Below are positions 13,478 through 27,058 of a DNA stretch of 64,000 nucleotides, piece by piece; within the stretch, counting starts at the first letter, position 1; each line of letters opens with the position of its first letter. Made by a program: the position numbers and the translations under genes. This DNA is from Eledone cirrhosa (lineage: Eukaryota). Below the pieces are notes generated by a model, which saw nothing but the letters and a program-made list of their open reading frames with translations, did not search any database and was not told the origin of the DNA. The stretch covers positions 214,272,001 to 214,336,000 of the forward strand of contig OZ024741.1 of NCBI GenBank assembly GCA_964016885.1, read 5' to 3'.

Positions 13478-13811
13478 TTGTTTTCTTTCTACCAGATAGG
13501 CTTAGTGAAAGAATTGTTAATTACCCCACGCACACCACGACTTCATAGCACACTGTCACGGTCCCTAAATATAGCCAGCGACCATCCTCAACCCCAGGCC
13601 ACAATCATTCAAATGTACCCAATATATATTAGCGTATTCACGTGAATCCCGGTGAAAAAATAAAAAAAATATTATTTCTATCTTGTACCTTTAAAACCTG
13701 TAAGAAACTGTAGCAGTTAGTTATAAGTTTGTCCTTTATATTAAAACCATATATATATATGTGGCTCACACAACACACACGTTCTTTCTCTCAAAAAGTA
13801 AAAGAAAAAAC

Positions 13812-14468
<657 letters not shown>

Positions 14469-14506
14469 CTTACTCTTGTACAGGCTTTCTATCTATTTTA
14501 TCTCTA

Positions 14507-14538
14507 TCTTCTGATGAAAGACTAACGTCCAAAATGTT
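14507..14538 (+). ncRNA. Decayed hammerhead of family D (see 45211)
   Basis: TCTT CTGATGA AAGAC TAAC GTCC AAAAT GTT, versus intact TCTT CTGATGA AGGAC TAGC GTCC GAAAC GTT. Confidence 0.5.
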
Positions 14539-14649
14539 TCTTACTATATCAAGCTTTAAACTAATATATATCTTCACAGTACAGTATTGTTCCCCTGTGT
14601 TCTTTATTCCTTTACTTTTTACGTATATACATATGTGTGTCTCGATCGC

Positions 14650-14925
14650 TAAGTCAAATGTCTGTCTCAAGCTATGAGGTTCGTCAGGCCAGTGTTTATC
14701 ATGGTTTTGTGGCGTGAAGGGATCGAGAGCACAAGACTTTCTCTGGACAGGACGCCAGTCCATCGCTGGGTTAAACCCCAGCTATTTCTGGTACTTATTT
14801 CCAGCTGAGTATACTGGAACAACGTAAAATATGTTTTGCTCAAGAATACAACACAACTCAGCCAAGGGATTGAAACCAAAACATTATGATCTTAAGTCCA
14901 ACACCCTTACGACTAGATCACCAGC
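14650..14925 (-). mobile_element. CORE-type tRNA SINE
   Basis: Reverse-oriented CORE-like block (TGTTTTGCTCAAGAATACAAC) and tRNA-like head near 14860-14925. Confidence 0.6.
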
Positions 14926-15024
14926 CTCTACTCAGCGTGTGTGTAAATAAGACCGTCAATTATCTTGAACATAACTACATACAAGTGAAGCCAAAGCTAT
15001 GAAAGAAATCGAGCAACCGTAATT

Positions 15025-15127
15025 CATAGACCTACACTCAACATATTCCTACATTCAACGTAGACCTACACTCAACATAGACCTCCACCCAACATAGACC
15101 TACACTCAACATAGACCTACACTCAAT
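15025..15127. repeat. 17-bp minisatellite (ACATAGACCTACACTCA)
   Basis: About 6 degenerate units visible. Confidence 0.85.
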
Positions 15128-15509
15128 ATCATTCACCTGAAGCAAACCACTCGCGGAAAAGTTACTTCCCACTCACACACACATGTCCTTCGAAACTTTG
15201 CCTCAATCCTCCATGCAAAACAACCACCGACCTACACGGATTATTGGTATGAGGGATGATGGTTGTCATCAGGCTGAAGCTGTCGTACTACTTAGTTCAG
15301 TGAAAGAGAAAGAGAAAGGGCAGAAATTGAACGTGTAATAGACAGGAAGGATTCTCCGTCGCGAAGATATTCCAATTGTCACCATTTGCATATATGGTCC
15401 CGTAACTTGGGCATTTTAAGCCTGGTGGAGCCCGTATCCCCTCAATGTCTGAATATACCAGATTTCTTCCAGAGAAGGATATAGTGAGAGAAAGAAATAT
15501 AGAGAAAAA

Positions 15510-16705
15510 ATCCACCCCAGTGCTTGACTGGTACTTTTTATTTTATCGACTTCGAAAGGATAAAATTCAAAGTTGACCTCGACAGAATTTGTACTTAAGT
15601 TCAAATCCTGCCGAGGTCAGCTCAGAGCAGAGAGCCGAAATGAATACTGCAAAGCATTCTTTCCGATGATCTAACGACTCTGACAATTCGGCGCTTTGTA
15701 GTCATTGACCATTATATTAAAATTGAGTGTAAAGGGCGGTGAGTTGGCAGTATCGATAGAGGGTCGGACGCCATGCATAGTTACGTCCCTTTATGTTCTG
15801 AGTTCAAATCCTGCCAAGGTTAACTTTGCCTTTCATACTTACGGGGTCGATAAAATAAAATACCAGTAATGCACTGGGTAATTGCTGGCCTTGTGCCGAA
15901 AGCAGAAACAATTATGTTAAAGTGGGGTGGACCTCCGTCAGTTTCAATGATGAGTATTCCAGCTGCTCCTTCGACAGAACAGAATTCTTGTGAAAATAAT
16001 ATCCAAGCGACTCAACCTTCCACAGACACGTGTTCACTAACTCATAGCTTAAATCCCAGAGATATTCAATATGGTAATGTGTAATGACACGGTTAGCTCC
16101 CTTTTAAATTACGCGTACAGTCCATCTTGTAGTATAGAGTAAACGTGGATAGGCAGTATCGGTAGAGCATCGGACAACATGCTTAGCGGCATAGAGTTAC
16201 GGCTCTTTACATTCTGAGTTCAAATCTCACCGAGGTTATCTTTACCTTTCATCCTTACAGGGTCGATAAAATAAAGTACCAGTAACACACTGGGGTTGAT
16301 TTAATCGACTTTCCCCTCCCCAAAGACGTTGGACTTGTGCCTATATAAGAAACCATTATCAATACCGAAACAATGGTGGCGGATTGGCAGAATTGGTAGA
16401 TCCTCGGATAAAATGCCATTGTGGTATGTATTCTGGTTCTTTATGTTCTGAGTTCGAATCCTGTCCAGGTTAGGATTACGTTTCATCCTAACAAGGTCGA
16501 TAACAAAGTACCAGTAACGCACTGGGGTTGATTTAATCACTGAAAATCACTGAAAATGGTTGGCCTTGTGTCTAAATCAGAAACCACTGCTTTTCATCCT
16601 TACGAGGTCGATAAAATAAAGTACCAGTAATGCACTGGGGCCGTTTTAATCGACTTTCCCCTCCCCTAAAATTGTTGGCCTTCTGCCTAAATCAGAAACC
16701 GTTAT
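15510..16705. mobile_element. Cluster of family-1 SINEs (15510-15700 -, 15734-15915 +, 16150-16360 +, 16376-16590 +, 16588-16705 +) with a family-2 fragment at ~15930-16130 -
   Basis: Repeated GAGTTCAAATC..TTTCATCCTTAC..GTCGATAAAATAAAGTACCAGTAA blocks. Confidence 0.85.
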
Positions 16706-17319
16706 AAAGTAAACGTCCTTTGGTCAATCTATCAAGCCAGTTAATTAAGGTAGGTGTTGGTTGTGGTGGTAGTAGTAGTTGTGATTATCAAATGTGTCTT
16801 TGCCCCCCCCCCCCCCCGGCTTTGCTAGATCTTGCTACGCTTGGGTTAGTTTCGCCTATCGTGGCTTATTGCGTCAGAAGAATAGACAAACAATAGGCAA
16901 GGATAAAATTGGTGTTGGAATGGTTTTACTAATGGAATATTAAATAGTAAAACACACACACACACACACACACATAGGTACAGATATATAAACACACACA
17001 CACATACACATACGAACAGTAATATAAAAACACGTACACACACACACAGGTACAAATATATAAACACACACACACACGTACAGATATATAAACACACACA
17101 CACAGGTACAGATATATAAACACACACACACATACAAACACGAACAGATATATAAACATGTACACACACACACAGATATATAATTACATACATACACATA
17201 CAAACACGCACATACATATGTGGCTCCACGGTCAGGATTTTACATATCTCTCACACTCCTTCTTTCTCTCTCTCTCTTTCTCCCCCCCCCCCCTCTCTCT
17301 CTCTATATATATATATACA

Positions 17320-18330
17320 AAGTGTTAAAACGATCAAATCAAATTTTAGTTTAGAACATTTATTTGCTGACAATTGTTTCTTCACGAGGGAAGTCTAGAA
17401 TCATCGGAGAATAGGGAATGTCGAAACATGTTACTAAAATCCTAGTCATTTAGAACATTTAGGGTACATAATTGTTGTTAGTGTCATCGGTAACATGTGG
17501 GGAGTGAGGAGTTAAAAAGATGTTCTGCTTGAAAGAACACAATTACAGGCAGCACTGGTTGAAAGTGTAAGAGGTATAAGCGAAAAGCACAAGCAAAAAA
17601 AAAAAAAAAATACAGGCAAAAAAGTTATAAGCAAGGAAAATTGGTGTACCATGCAGGAGTCAATACAGTCAATAAGGCATGTATAAGGAAAGAGTTATAG
17701 TGCAGTTGAAATAAACATATTTTGTGTGGGGTGTTAAAGCATGTTATAATTGTTATAAATGTTTAAGATAGTGTGCAATTTGTTAGAGAGGTATGTGGTG
17801 ATGATGTAGGTATTTGTTATGTGAGGTCTAATGCAAAGCACGTGATAGAGTTGGATAGGATTTTCATTCAAGTGTTTATGTGTTGTAGTTCGTATGTATA
17901 TGTATATGTTGTTTGTAACTCACAGCTATTAACCATGGGATTATTTTGAGTCGTTTATAGTCAATAGGTGTTTGTTTGTTAAATGTAGATTCCAGCGAAT
18001 TACTGGCCATGTTGTTATTGTAGGTATATTATCATATGCATTTTTTATCTACAAATTATCTTTTCTAGGATTTGTATTAACCAATATTAAGCTGTTGGTA
18101 AACCGTTAGGTTTCTTAATTTTATGAGTTTACACAGGAAGTTGTAAAGGGGGTTAATAACAAAGGGAGGTAATTAAGGTTGTTGGTAAATTAAGGGTTGT
18201 TTTAATATTGTAGTAGTGTTATAAATTAATCTTTATAGAGTATATCAAATATTATTGGTTATATAATTATTATCTTTTAAACGTGTGTGGAGGGAGTTAA
18301 AAACATTTTTTTTATTATTTTATTATAACT
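17320..18330 (-). mobile_element. Heavily decayed PLE 3' region (possible GIY-YIG remnant and hammerhead-like tail)
   Basis: - strand CCGAUGA-UUC..GAA-GAAAC-AAUU-GUC at ~17368-17407 followed by AATAAA. Upstream are frameshifted fragments resembling xIG and E-L-Q-H-I-N. Confidence 0.4.
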
Positions 18331-18394
18331 AGATAGTTTTTACATAGTTAGTATATGTATATATAATATAAGGTATATATATGTGAGAATGTAT

Positions 18395-18496
<102 letters not shown>

Positions 18497-18522
18497 ATAT
18501 ATATATATATATGTGTGTGTAC

Positions 18523-18585
<63 letters not shown>

Positions 18586-18669
18586 TTCAAGTGTTTTTAT
18601 GTTTTAGTTCGTATGTATGTGTATATGTTGTTTGTAACTCCAGCTATCTGGCTGAGGCCAGGCTGGGGC

Positions 18670-18756
<87 letters not shown>

Positions 18757-18759
18757 TAT

Positions 18760-19131
18760 ATAAGAGAATATTGAAGTTTGCTTGAAGCATTGTGGAATAA
18801 TAAAAACAATTTGGACGTTTTGGAGGCCTCAACAATGCAGATGGGTAAATCTCCGGGTAACAGAATCCGGTGGTGAAGAGAGAGATGTAAGAGAATGTAG
18901 AATGAGATGTAAAGTGTGTAGAGGAACGTAGGAAAGAGCGTAAAAACTAAAAATAATAACACGAGATAGAGTTACCTTGGTAGAGATTTAATTGTCCATA
19001 TATTTCGGATTTCGCATCCATCAACTGGGGGGTTTTTGAGGCGGAAACTATCTGTCGGAGAGGAACGGTACCTGGCCTCTGTTGTCCGCCGTTTGTGTGT
19101 AACACACACCCGGCGGACAACCGAGGCCACG

Positions 19132-19136
<5 letters not shown>
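18760..19136 (-). mobile_element. Family E element in (TA)n with variant hammerhead-like motif and terminal GC hairpin
   Basis: Homologous to both arms of 43460-44036. The - strand reads CAGUUGA-U-GGAU gcgaa AUCC-GAAAUAUA; hairpin at 19072-19129. Confidence 0.7.
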
Positions 19137-19194
<58 letters not shown>

Positions 19195-19258
19195 TAATGA
19201 AAGAGTGATAACTTGTTATCCTATATATATATATATATGCTCCAGCATGGCCTTAGCC

Positions 19259-19310
<52 letters not shown>

Positions 19311-19670
19311 TCATTTATACACACACAAATAGAGACAGACAGAGATACACAGATACACGCACATACAGACTCTCTCACACACACACAAACAGCTCCACCC
19401 ACATCACACACCAGCTGTGCCGCCGCCATCCACCACCCTCCGTCGCCGCCGTTCTCTATTCTTTAGTAGTTAATTGAATGAAAACAAGTTCCGTGGCGAG
19501 TTAGGTCAGGCTTAAGACTGACTTATAACTTAAAACGGTAAGACAAAGTGTGTGTGTGTATATATATATATATTTATACACACACTTATATATATATACA
19601 TATGTATATATATATATATATATTTATATGTATATACATATGTATACATATATATATGTATATATATATA

Positions 19671-19755
<85 letters not shown>

Positions 19756-19756
19756 G

Positions 19757-19788
<32 letters not shown>

Positions 19789-19850
19789 ATACTTCTTTAC
19801 AAAATCATAGATGCCACAGGATATGGCTTCTTCTTTTTATTTCCATTATT

Positions 19851-19916
<66 letters not shown>

Positions 19917-20118
19917 AAATTGCCTTACGGTATGTTGTTCCAGCTTCGTTGTTACTTATCCTACCTAAACATATACAACATGCCTCCAGTTTGTTAGTAA
20001 GCCGTTGCTGGCAAACAATGAAGGTAGAGATATGCATCTGCCGTTTTTACTTGAGTTGCTGATAGATGTGACATGATCACACTTTAATATCCTCACAGTC
20101 TAACTGTATGTTTGTAAT

Positions 20119-20270
20119 CAGTCCTGTATTTAGGACAAATAAGGACGTGTGTCAATTCAGTTAAGAGGCCTCTTTGAACGTTTGACGTTTGAAAAATTTA
20201 TCGTAAAAATTATTTGTCAACGGGACCCTGTGCTTAAGCACGCCTAAACACAATGGTAAATCTGACACTG
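20119..20270. mobile_element. hAT-type MITE
   Basis: Imperfect TIRs CAGTCCTGTATTTA / TAAATCTGACACTG and an 8-bp TSD TTTGTAAT / TTTGTTAT (1 mismatch). Confidence 0.7.
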
Positions 20271-20479
20271 TTTGTTATACATAACCATATTTTTTTTTCC
20301 TTTTGTTCCCTAACTCATAAGAGAATCGTTGGGTCGCCGTAATGACATACGTCGTTTCTAGGACATTTAAAAAAAAAAAACCTGATAGGGCCCATTTTTT
20401 CTCTAGGTCTGAATACAGCAAATTTCTTCCAGAGAAAGAAAGCGAGGGAATGAAGTGAGAAAGAGACATAGGGGAAGAA

Positions 20480-20645
20480 TCCACTACAATACTAGATTGA
20501 TACTTTTTTGAACTACCTCGAAAGGATGAAAGGCAAAATTGATCTCGGTGGGATTTGAACTCAGAGAGCCGAGACCCGGAACGAATACCACAAAGCACAA
20601 ATCAGTCTATCTGACGTTCTAAAGAATCTACCAATTCGCCACCAT
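20480..20645 (-). mobile_element. tRNA-derived SINE, family 1 (diverged)
   Basis: AAGGATGAAAGGCAAA..CTCGGTGGGATTTGAACTCAG. Confidence 0.75.
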
Positions 20646-20751
20646 AACAATATCATATATAGATCCCTATACATCTTTATTCTGAATCACGCTGTGTTAG
20701 TGTTATCGTTAATTAATTTTAACCAGTCTAGCTCACATTATATGTACAGTA

Positions 20752-21118
20752 CGGGGTCGATAAAATAAAGTACCAGTAAAGCACTGGTTAATTGCTGGCC
20801 TTGTGCCTAACGTAGAAACAATTATATGTACAGTAATACACTGTACATATAATGTGAGTACATATAATACAAGTACCAGTAATACATTGGGATAATTGCT
20901 GGCCTTGTGCCCAAAATAGAAACAATCATATGTACATTATCGGTAGAGGGTCGGTCGCCATGCTTTGCCGCATAGAGTTACGCGTCTTTATGATCTGAGT
21001 TCAAATCCCGCCGAGGTTAACTTTGCCTTTCATCCTTACAGGGTCGATAAAATAAAGTACCAGTAATACACTGGGATAATTGCTGGCCTTGTGCCAACAG
21101 TAGAAACAATTATATGTA
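20752..21118 (+). mobile_element. Three tandem family-1 SINE 3' ends/copies
   Basis: Copies end at about 20830, 20935 and 21118, each in ACAAT(T/C)ATATGTA. Confidence 0.85.
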
Positions 21119-21409
21119 AATATGCTTTCAACCAGTATGGTTCGTTTTCAAAATCTATAAATCTTTAGATTTTCAATCATCGGTCTAAGTAAGTGACTCC
21201 TGACGATGCGTAATAACTATGATATACTATGTATACAGCTCGCTTCCATCGATGCTGAGGTAGCTGTGACAGAACCACAGATTAAAGAACCCATAGCGAG
21301 ACTATTGTATTACACACAAACATCATGTATTGGTTCACCTGATGATGAAGTAGATGCTACATGTCCACAGCTTAAAAAAACCCTCCGAGACATTATGTGT
21401 ATCTATCTA

Positions 21410-21474
<65 letters not shown>

Positions 21475-21666
21475 ATATATATATATATTGTAGTAAAGGA
21501 TTGGTAGAAATATCCAAGGGTAAGAGCACTCAGGCCATAGATCGAGTTTAGTATAAATAATTACCACAATGACAAATACAGGTAGTTGAGTTGAGTTGAG
21601 TTGAGTTGGATTCAGGAGCCCAACTCATTCAGCCAGAACCGAAGGAAACTTAAGTACCTGTATATG

Positions 21667-21740
<74 letters not shown>

Positions 21741-21861
21741 ATATTCATTAGTTAAGCAAAACAAGACCACAAATTTCACAAGGAAGACATTATTAAAAGA
21801 GTGTCAACATATTTTAGTTTGATCTAAGGAATGTAGAGAATAATAAGAATAATATTAATAA

Positions 21862-22050
21862 TAATTGTTTCTACTTTAGGCACAAGGCCAGCAATTACCC
21901 AGTGCATTACTGGTACTTTATTTTATCGACCCCGTAAGGATGAAAGGCAAAGTCAACCTCGGCTGGATTTGAACTCAGATCGTAAAGGGACGTAACTATG
22001 CTGGAAAGCATGACGTCCGACCCTCTACCGATACTGCCAATCCACCGCCC
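21862..22050 (-). mobile_element. tRNA-derived SINE, family 1 (full length)
   Basis: Head GGGCGGTGGATTGGCAGTATCGGTAGAG, B-box, central domain and tail all present. Confidence 0.9.
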
Positions 22051-22275
22051 TATATTAATAATAATAATGTCCGTTATATATATATATATATATATATAAG
22101 TTAAAACAATGAAATAAAAAAATCAAGTGATATACTTCACTGCTTTACGATTGTTTCTAGATGATGATAATACATTGTACCTATGATCCGTTATTGATCT
22201 ATATAAGGTTAGTTACAAAATGTCAGATAAAGAGAATATTAACTTACATGCATATCACATATGTCTTGCTAATAA

Positions 22276-22779
22276 GTGTTTTTACGGAGGTACCTGGTAA
22301 AAACAGGTACCTCCGTAAAAACAGGTACCTCCGTAAAAACAGGTACCTCCGTAAAAACACTTATTAGCAAGACATACCCGTTCCAAAGACCCTCATGTAT
22401 AGATAAGAAATGTATAACCTGTAAAATAAGCCCCCATATTAACTGTAAAACTAGAAATGTAGTATATAGTATAAGATGTACTGAAGGACAATGTAGAAAC
22501 AAAAATATAGTGTACATAGGTGAGACAGCTCGTAGTGTAGGGTAACGGATAAATGAACACTGGCGAGACCTTCAAGATAATAAAGAATCATCTGTACTCT
22601 ACCAACATGCTAAAATAGAACACAAGGGTAAATTAGAGAACATAGAAATAAAAATAGAATCTACACACAGAAAAGATGCAATGTTTAGACAAATTACAGA
22701 GGCAATAAACATAAAAGAATTACAACCAAAATTAAATAGAAAATATTAGTGGAACAGCAACATCACAACTTACAATTAA
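22276..22779 (+). pseudogene. Penelope-like element Zn-finger linker plus GIY-YIG endonuclease (5'-truncated, two in-frame stops)
   Basis: One frame reads CIDKKCITC..NCKTRNVVYSIRC..C..VYIGETARSVG*RINEH..SVLYQHAKIEH..RQITEAINIKELQPKLNRKY*W. Motifs VVY/YIG, R..EH, EA..I..P.LN and the upstream Cys cluster are typical of Neptune/Nematis-type PLEs. Confidence 0.92.
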
Positions 22780-22985
22780 GGACAAAATGAAAACACACAC
22801 ACACATAGAACAAACAACCAACCAATACCAATAACATGTAAATAAATAAACAAATAGATAAATGAACACAAACACACACAGACACCCGGATGTGGCGCAT
22901 GCGCGAACTGAGCACACAACACACAGAAACAAAATGGCGTAGGACAGAAGAAAGGAAAGGCACAGAAACAAAGTAAGGAATCCCC

Positions 22986-23030
22986 AGTCACTGAAGAGGT
23001 CACAGAGTGTGTGACGAAAGGACTATGACT
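22986..23030 (+). ncRNA. Type-I hammerhead ribozyme in the PLE 3' pseudo-LTR
   Basis: AGUCA-CUGAAGA-G-GUCACA gagug UGUGAC-GAAAG-GA-CUA|UGACU. Perfect 5-bp stem I, 6-bp stem II, cleavage triplet CUA. Confidence 0.88.
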
Positions 23031-23099
23031 ATATATAAACAACTATCTGGTTGTGGAACCAACCAACCAACCAGAAATTTATAAATTTGTAGATTTGTA

Positions 23100-23251
23100 A
23101 ATTTATAAATTTATAAATATATAATAAATTGAAGTGAAAGCAACTGGTGCGTGTGTTTCTTATTGGCAACATGACCCTCCCAAAGTATAACAATATCGGT
23201 TTCAACACACGATTTCAGATAAAGAATCTTGCTAAACAAATTCAGAAACGA
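23100..23251 (+). repeat. PLE 3' tail, also dispersed at 51301-51441 (+), 51215-51298 (-), 49160-49192 (-) and 56893-56940 (+)
   Basis: Shared TTGGCAACATGACCCTCCCAAAGTATAACAAT block; ends in (TA)n. Confidence 0.85.
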
Positions 23252-24168
23252 AATATATATATATATATATAAATATATATATATTGATCTATGCTACATA
23301 CAATGTTTGTGTATAATACATACATAATACATACATATATATATATATGTGTGTATATATATATAATAAAATAAAACAAGGACGAGCGATTACTCCTTCA
23401 TTACGTTTATTGGTTGGTGACGCGCGTTCCGCTATTGTTCAGCTCAAGTTCTGTATCGAGTTACACTCCCTGTATATATATATATATATTATACACAAAC
23501 ATCGTATATAGCATAGATCAATGCTAAAATCTCAGCATCATTTTCTGTGTAAGCTTCATTTCATGTAATTTTAGTTTTTCTCAAGTAAGTTGAGAGCAGG
23601 GGGGGGGGGTCACAAATGCTTCACTAAACTATAACCACACCACACAGAAGCTTTACTTCGGGCCTACATTTCGCCAAGAAAACATATTTTCCCAAGAAAA
23701 ACCTTTAGTTGTAGCCATCTCTACGTGTTTTAAGAAGCAACTAAAATGGTTAGTGTCTGGAACGGCAATCGCCTGTCAGAAAAATGCCTCAAAAAGTTCC
23801 GTGCAACCCATGCCAGCATCCAAAAGCTAACGTAAAAGCAATGATGATGATGGTAGTGATAATGATGGTGATGATGCGGTGGAGAAGGGGGGTTGGATTT
23901 CCACTCCTCTTCCTAAATGCTTTAAATGGTTTAAATATTGCTTACGGAATGCTCTCGTTTTCGCTGATGTGATGATGTGGTTGGAATTTCAAATCTCGAT
24001 AGCACTGTGCGACTTTTGTGGCACGATTGAGGCCTCAGAAGGGAAAGCCACCTCCAGCACCTAATTATATGGGATCTATATTATACCAGATAGCTACAGA
24101 CACGCAGACACACATACACATGGTAATATAGTGTCTGTGTGTGTGCATATGTACACACATATACATAT

Positions 24169-24244
<76 letters not shown>

Positions 24245-24858
24245 CTGCTCAGATATGTATGTACACACGCACACACAAACTAATGTACCATTTTCTGGCA
24301 GTAATGTAGCGGCAATATTTAAGCAAGAGAGAAAGGGTGGGAGTGAGTAGGGTTTAACTGGGAGAAATGGGGTTGTTATGTCAGGGTGAGGTGAGGAAAA
24401 GGGAAATAAAGTGAGAGAGAGAGAGAGAGGCAGACAGATAGACAGACTAAGAAATGAGATTGTAATGGGAAAAGAGAGGGAGAAGGATGTGAAAGAAGAG
24501 GTCGTTGGGACGGGGTGGTGGGAGAGGTGAAGAGATATTTGGAAAGACAAATTGTTGGAGTTAGGTGGAGGTAATCTAGCGGAAGCCGGTATGTACGCAT
24601 GATTTCTCTATACAGGAAGCTGTAACATGACTCCCTACCTTATACTTAACTTGAACCAATGTACGGGAACAACTGACTTATACACCAGGTGGCAGCACTA
24701 TTTTTTTTCACTCTTTTTTTCATGTTTTTTCATGTTTTTTTTTCATTATTATTATTTATTTTTTGTTTTATTGTATTTGTTTATTTATTTTTGCATAGTC
24801 ATGGTTTTCAGGCTTTCACTAATTTCAATTACCTCCCATACCCCCCTCTCTCACTTTA

Positions 24859-24918
<60 letters not shown>

Positions 24919-24942
24919 TATATATATATATATATAAATAAA

Positions 24943-25212
24943 AAGTCGGTATCCGACGGCTGAAATTTTCCCGTTTCACCCGCTGGAACTATATATATAA
25001 ACATATATATATATATATATATATACAAATATATGAAAAACTTTAGGACCCCAACGGCTGAACTCTGGCCGTTTCAACAGCTAGAGCTATTGAAACGGCC
25101 AGAGCTCAGCTGGTGGGGTTCTGAATTTTTTCATACTGCCCACTCTACTACCCCAAGTACCGAGTACTCTGGTGAATAATGGTCTAACTTGTTTTTATCG
25201 CCTCCATTCTGA
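24943..25212. mobile_element. Family C fold-back element in (TA)n
   Basis: Inverted repeat at ~25032-25135 centred on GTTTCAACAGCTAGAGCTATTGAAAC. Homologous to 36457-36650 and 44296-44352. Confidence 0.7.
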
Positions 25213-25217
25213 TATAT

Positions 25218-25260
<43 letters not shown>

Positions 25261-25653
25261 CAAAAGGGATATTTAATTTATTGGTAATTCAACAAATATA
25301 TATATTTATAACTGATTCGAAGAACTCGACAAGTTTTCTGGAGTATAATATTCAATGATATTAATAAATGGAAACTATATTTATAAAAGCATATTTATTC
25401 TATTATATATATTTCAAGGGTACCAAAACTTTGGTAGGCTCAATTCAGATACAATACAAATACAAAGTTTGTTTTATAAATGTTGACATATCCAAGATCT
25501 TAACGGTTCAAGTTTTTCCTGGATATGTCAACATTTATAAAACAAACTTTGTATTTTATCTGATGAGTGCGTACCAAAGTTTTGGAACCCTTGAAATATA
25601 TATAATAGAATAAATATGGTTTTATAAATATAGTTTCCATTTATTAATATCAT

Positions 25654-25693
<40 letters not shown>

Positions 25694-25745
25694 ATTGTTT
25701 CTACTTTAGGCACAAGGCCAGCAATTACCCAGTGCATTACTGGTA

Positions 25746-27058
25746 CTTTCATCTTTATGGGATCGATAAATTAAAGTACTATTAATGTACTGGGGTCAAA
25801 ATAATCGACTTTCCACTCCCCCAAAATTGTTGGCCTTGTGCTTAAATCAGAAACCATTATTATAGATTTTACAGTCGTCTCTATAGATATTTCTAGGTAG
25901 AGACTGTCAAAGTTTCAACTGATTTAGCCATCAATTAAGAAGCAATTAATAATTGTTTCTACTTTTGGCACAAGGCCAGCATTTACCCAGTACAATTCTG
26001 GTACTTTATTTTATCGACCTCGTAAGGATGAAAGGCAAAGTAAACCTCGGCGGGATTTGAACTCAGATCGTAAAGGGACGTAACTATGCTGGAAAGCATG
26101 GCGTCCGACCCTCTACCGATACTGCCAATCCACCGCCCTTATATATATATAAAATAATTAAGTCAAATATGTAAAATTTGGCTTCGTTTATTACAAATTA
26201 TAGATATACTGCTATATATATTTCGGTGACCTATATATATGGCTGTGACCTCTTCAGGCAGTCCGAATTGGTGTAGGAAAGACAGGTACACATGTTGTTG
26301 AAATGTGTTTTACTCCGTCAATCCATCGATATGTCCAACTCCTGGTAGCGTTGTTATTTCTCTTAGGAACTGAAATCTATAATTTGTAATAAACGAAGCC
26401 AAATTTTACATATTTGACTTAATTATTTTACATTACTCCGGAGTAAACAAACCAGCCTGCGTACTTCGTCGAGTGCTCCAATCTGCATACTGAGGTGTCG
26501 GTAAACAACCAACATATACTCAAAATTTATATATATAAACTGAAGGGAAAAAGTGAAGTATGAGTATGTCCTGTTATCTATATCTATACATTGTGATACA
26601 CATTATAAATTATATAAAGGCCGTTTATGAGTGGAACGTTTATGAGTGGAACACTCAATATATGTTGTTAGGTATATTTCATTATCGGTAGAGGGTCGGA
26701 CGCCATGCTTTCCAACATAGTTACGTCCCTTCAAAGTCTGAGTTCAAATCCCGCCGAGGTTAACTTTGCCTTTCATCCTTACGGGGTCGATAAAATAAAG
26801 TACCAGAATTGTACTGGGTAAATGCTGGCCTTGTGCCAAAAGTAGAAACAATTATTAATTGCTTCTTAATTGATGGCTAAATCAGTTGAAACTTTGACAG
26901 TCTCTACCTAGAAATATCTATAGAGACGACTGTAAAATCTATAATAATGGTTTCTGATTTAAGCACAAGGCCAACAATTTTGGGGGAGTGGAAAGTCGAT
27001 TATTTTGACCCCAGTACATTAATAGTACTTTAATTTATCGATCCCATAAAGATGAAAG
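25746..27058. repeat. ~375-bp inverted duplication (25746-26121 vs 26683-27058) made of SINE pieces and unique flank
   Basis: The outer ~270 bp appear identical in reverse complement; the inner SINE heads differ at a few positions. Confidence 0.9.
26208..26262 (-). ncRNA. Type-I hammerhead ribozyme (family B)
   Basis: ACUGC-CUGAAGA-GGU..ACC-GAAA-UAUAU-AUA|GCAGU. Perfect 5-bp stem I and palindromic AU stem III. It lies just inside the inverted repeat 26150-26206 / 26375-26430. Confidence 0.8.

Noticed and set aside
21960-22050. tRNA-like A/B boxes in many repeats
   Set aside because: These are SINE heads; no complete cloverleaf can be folded.
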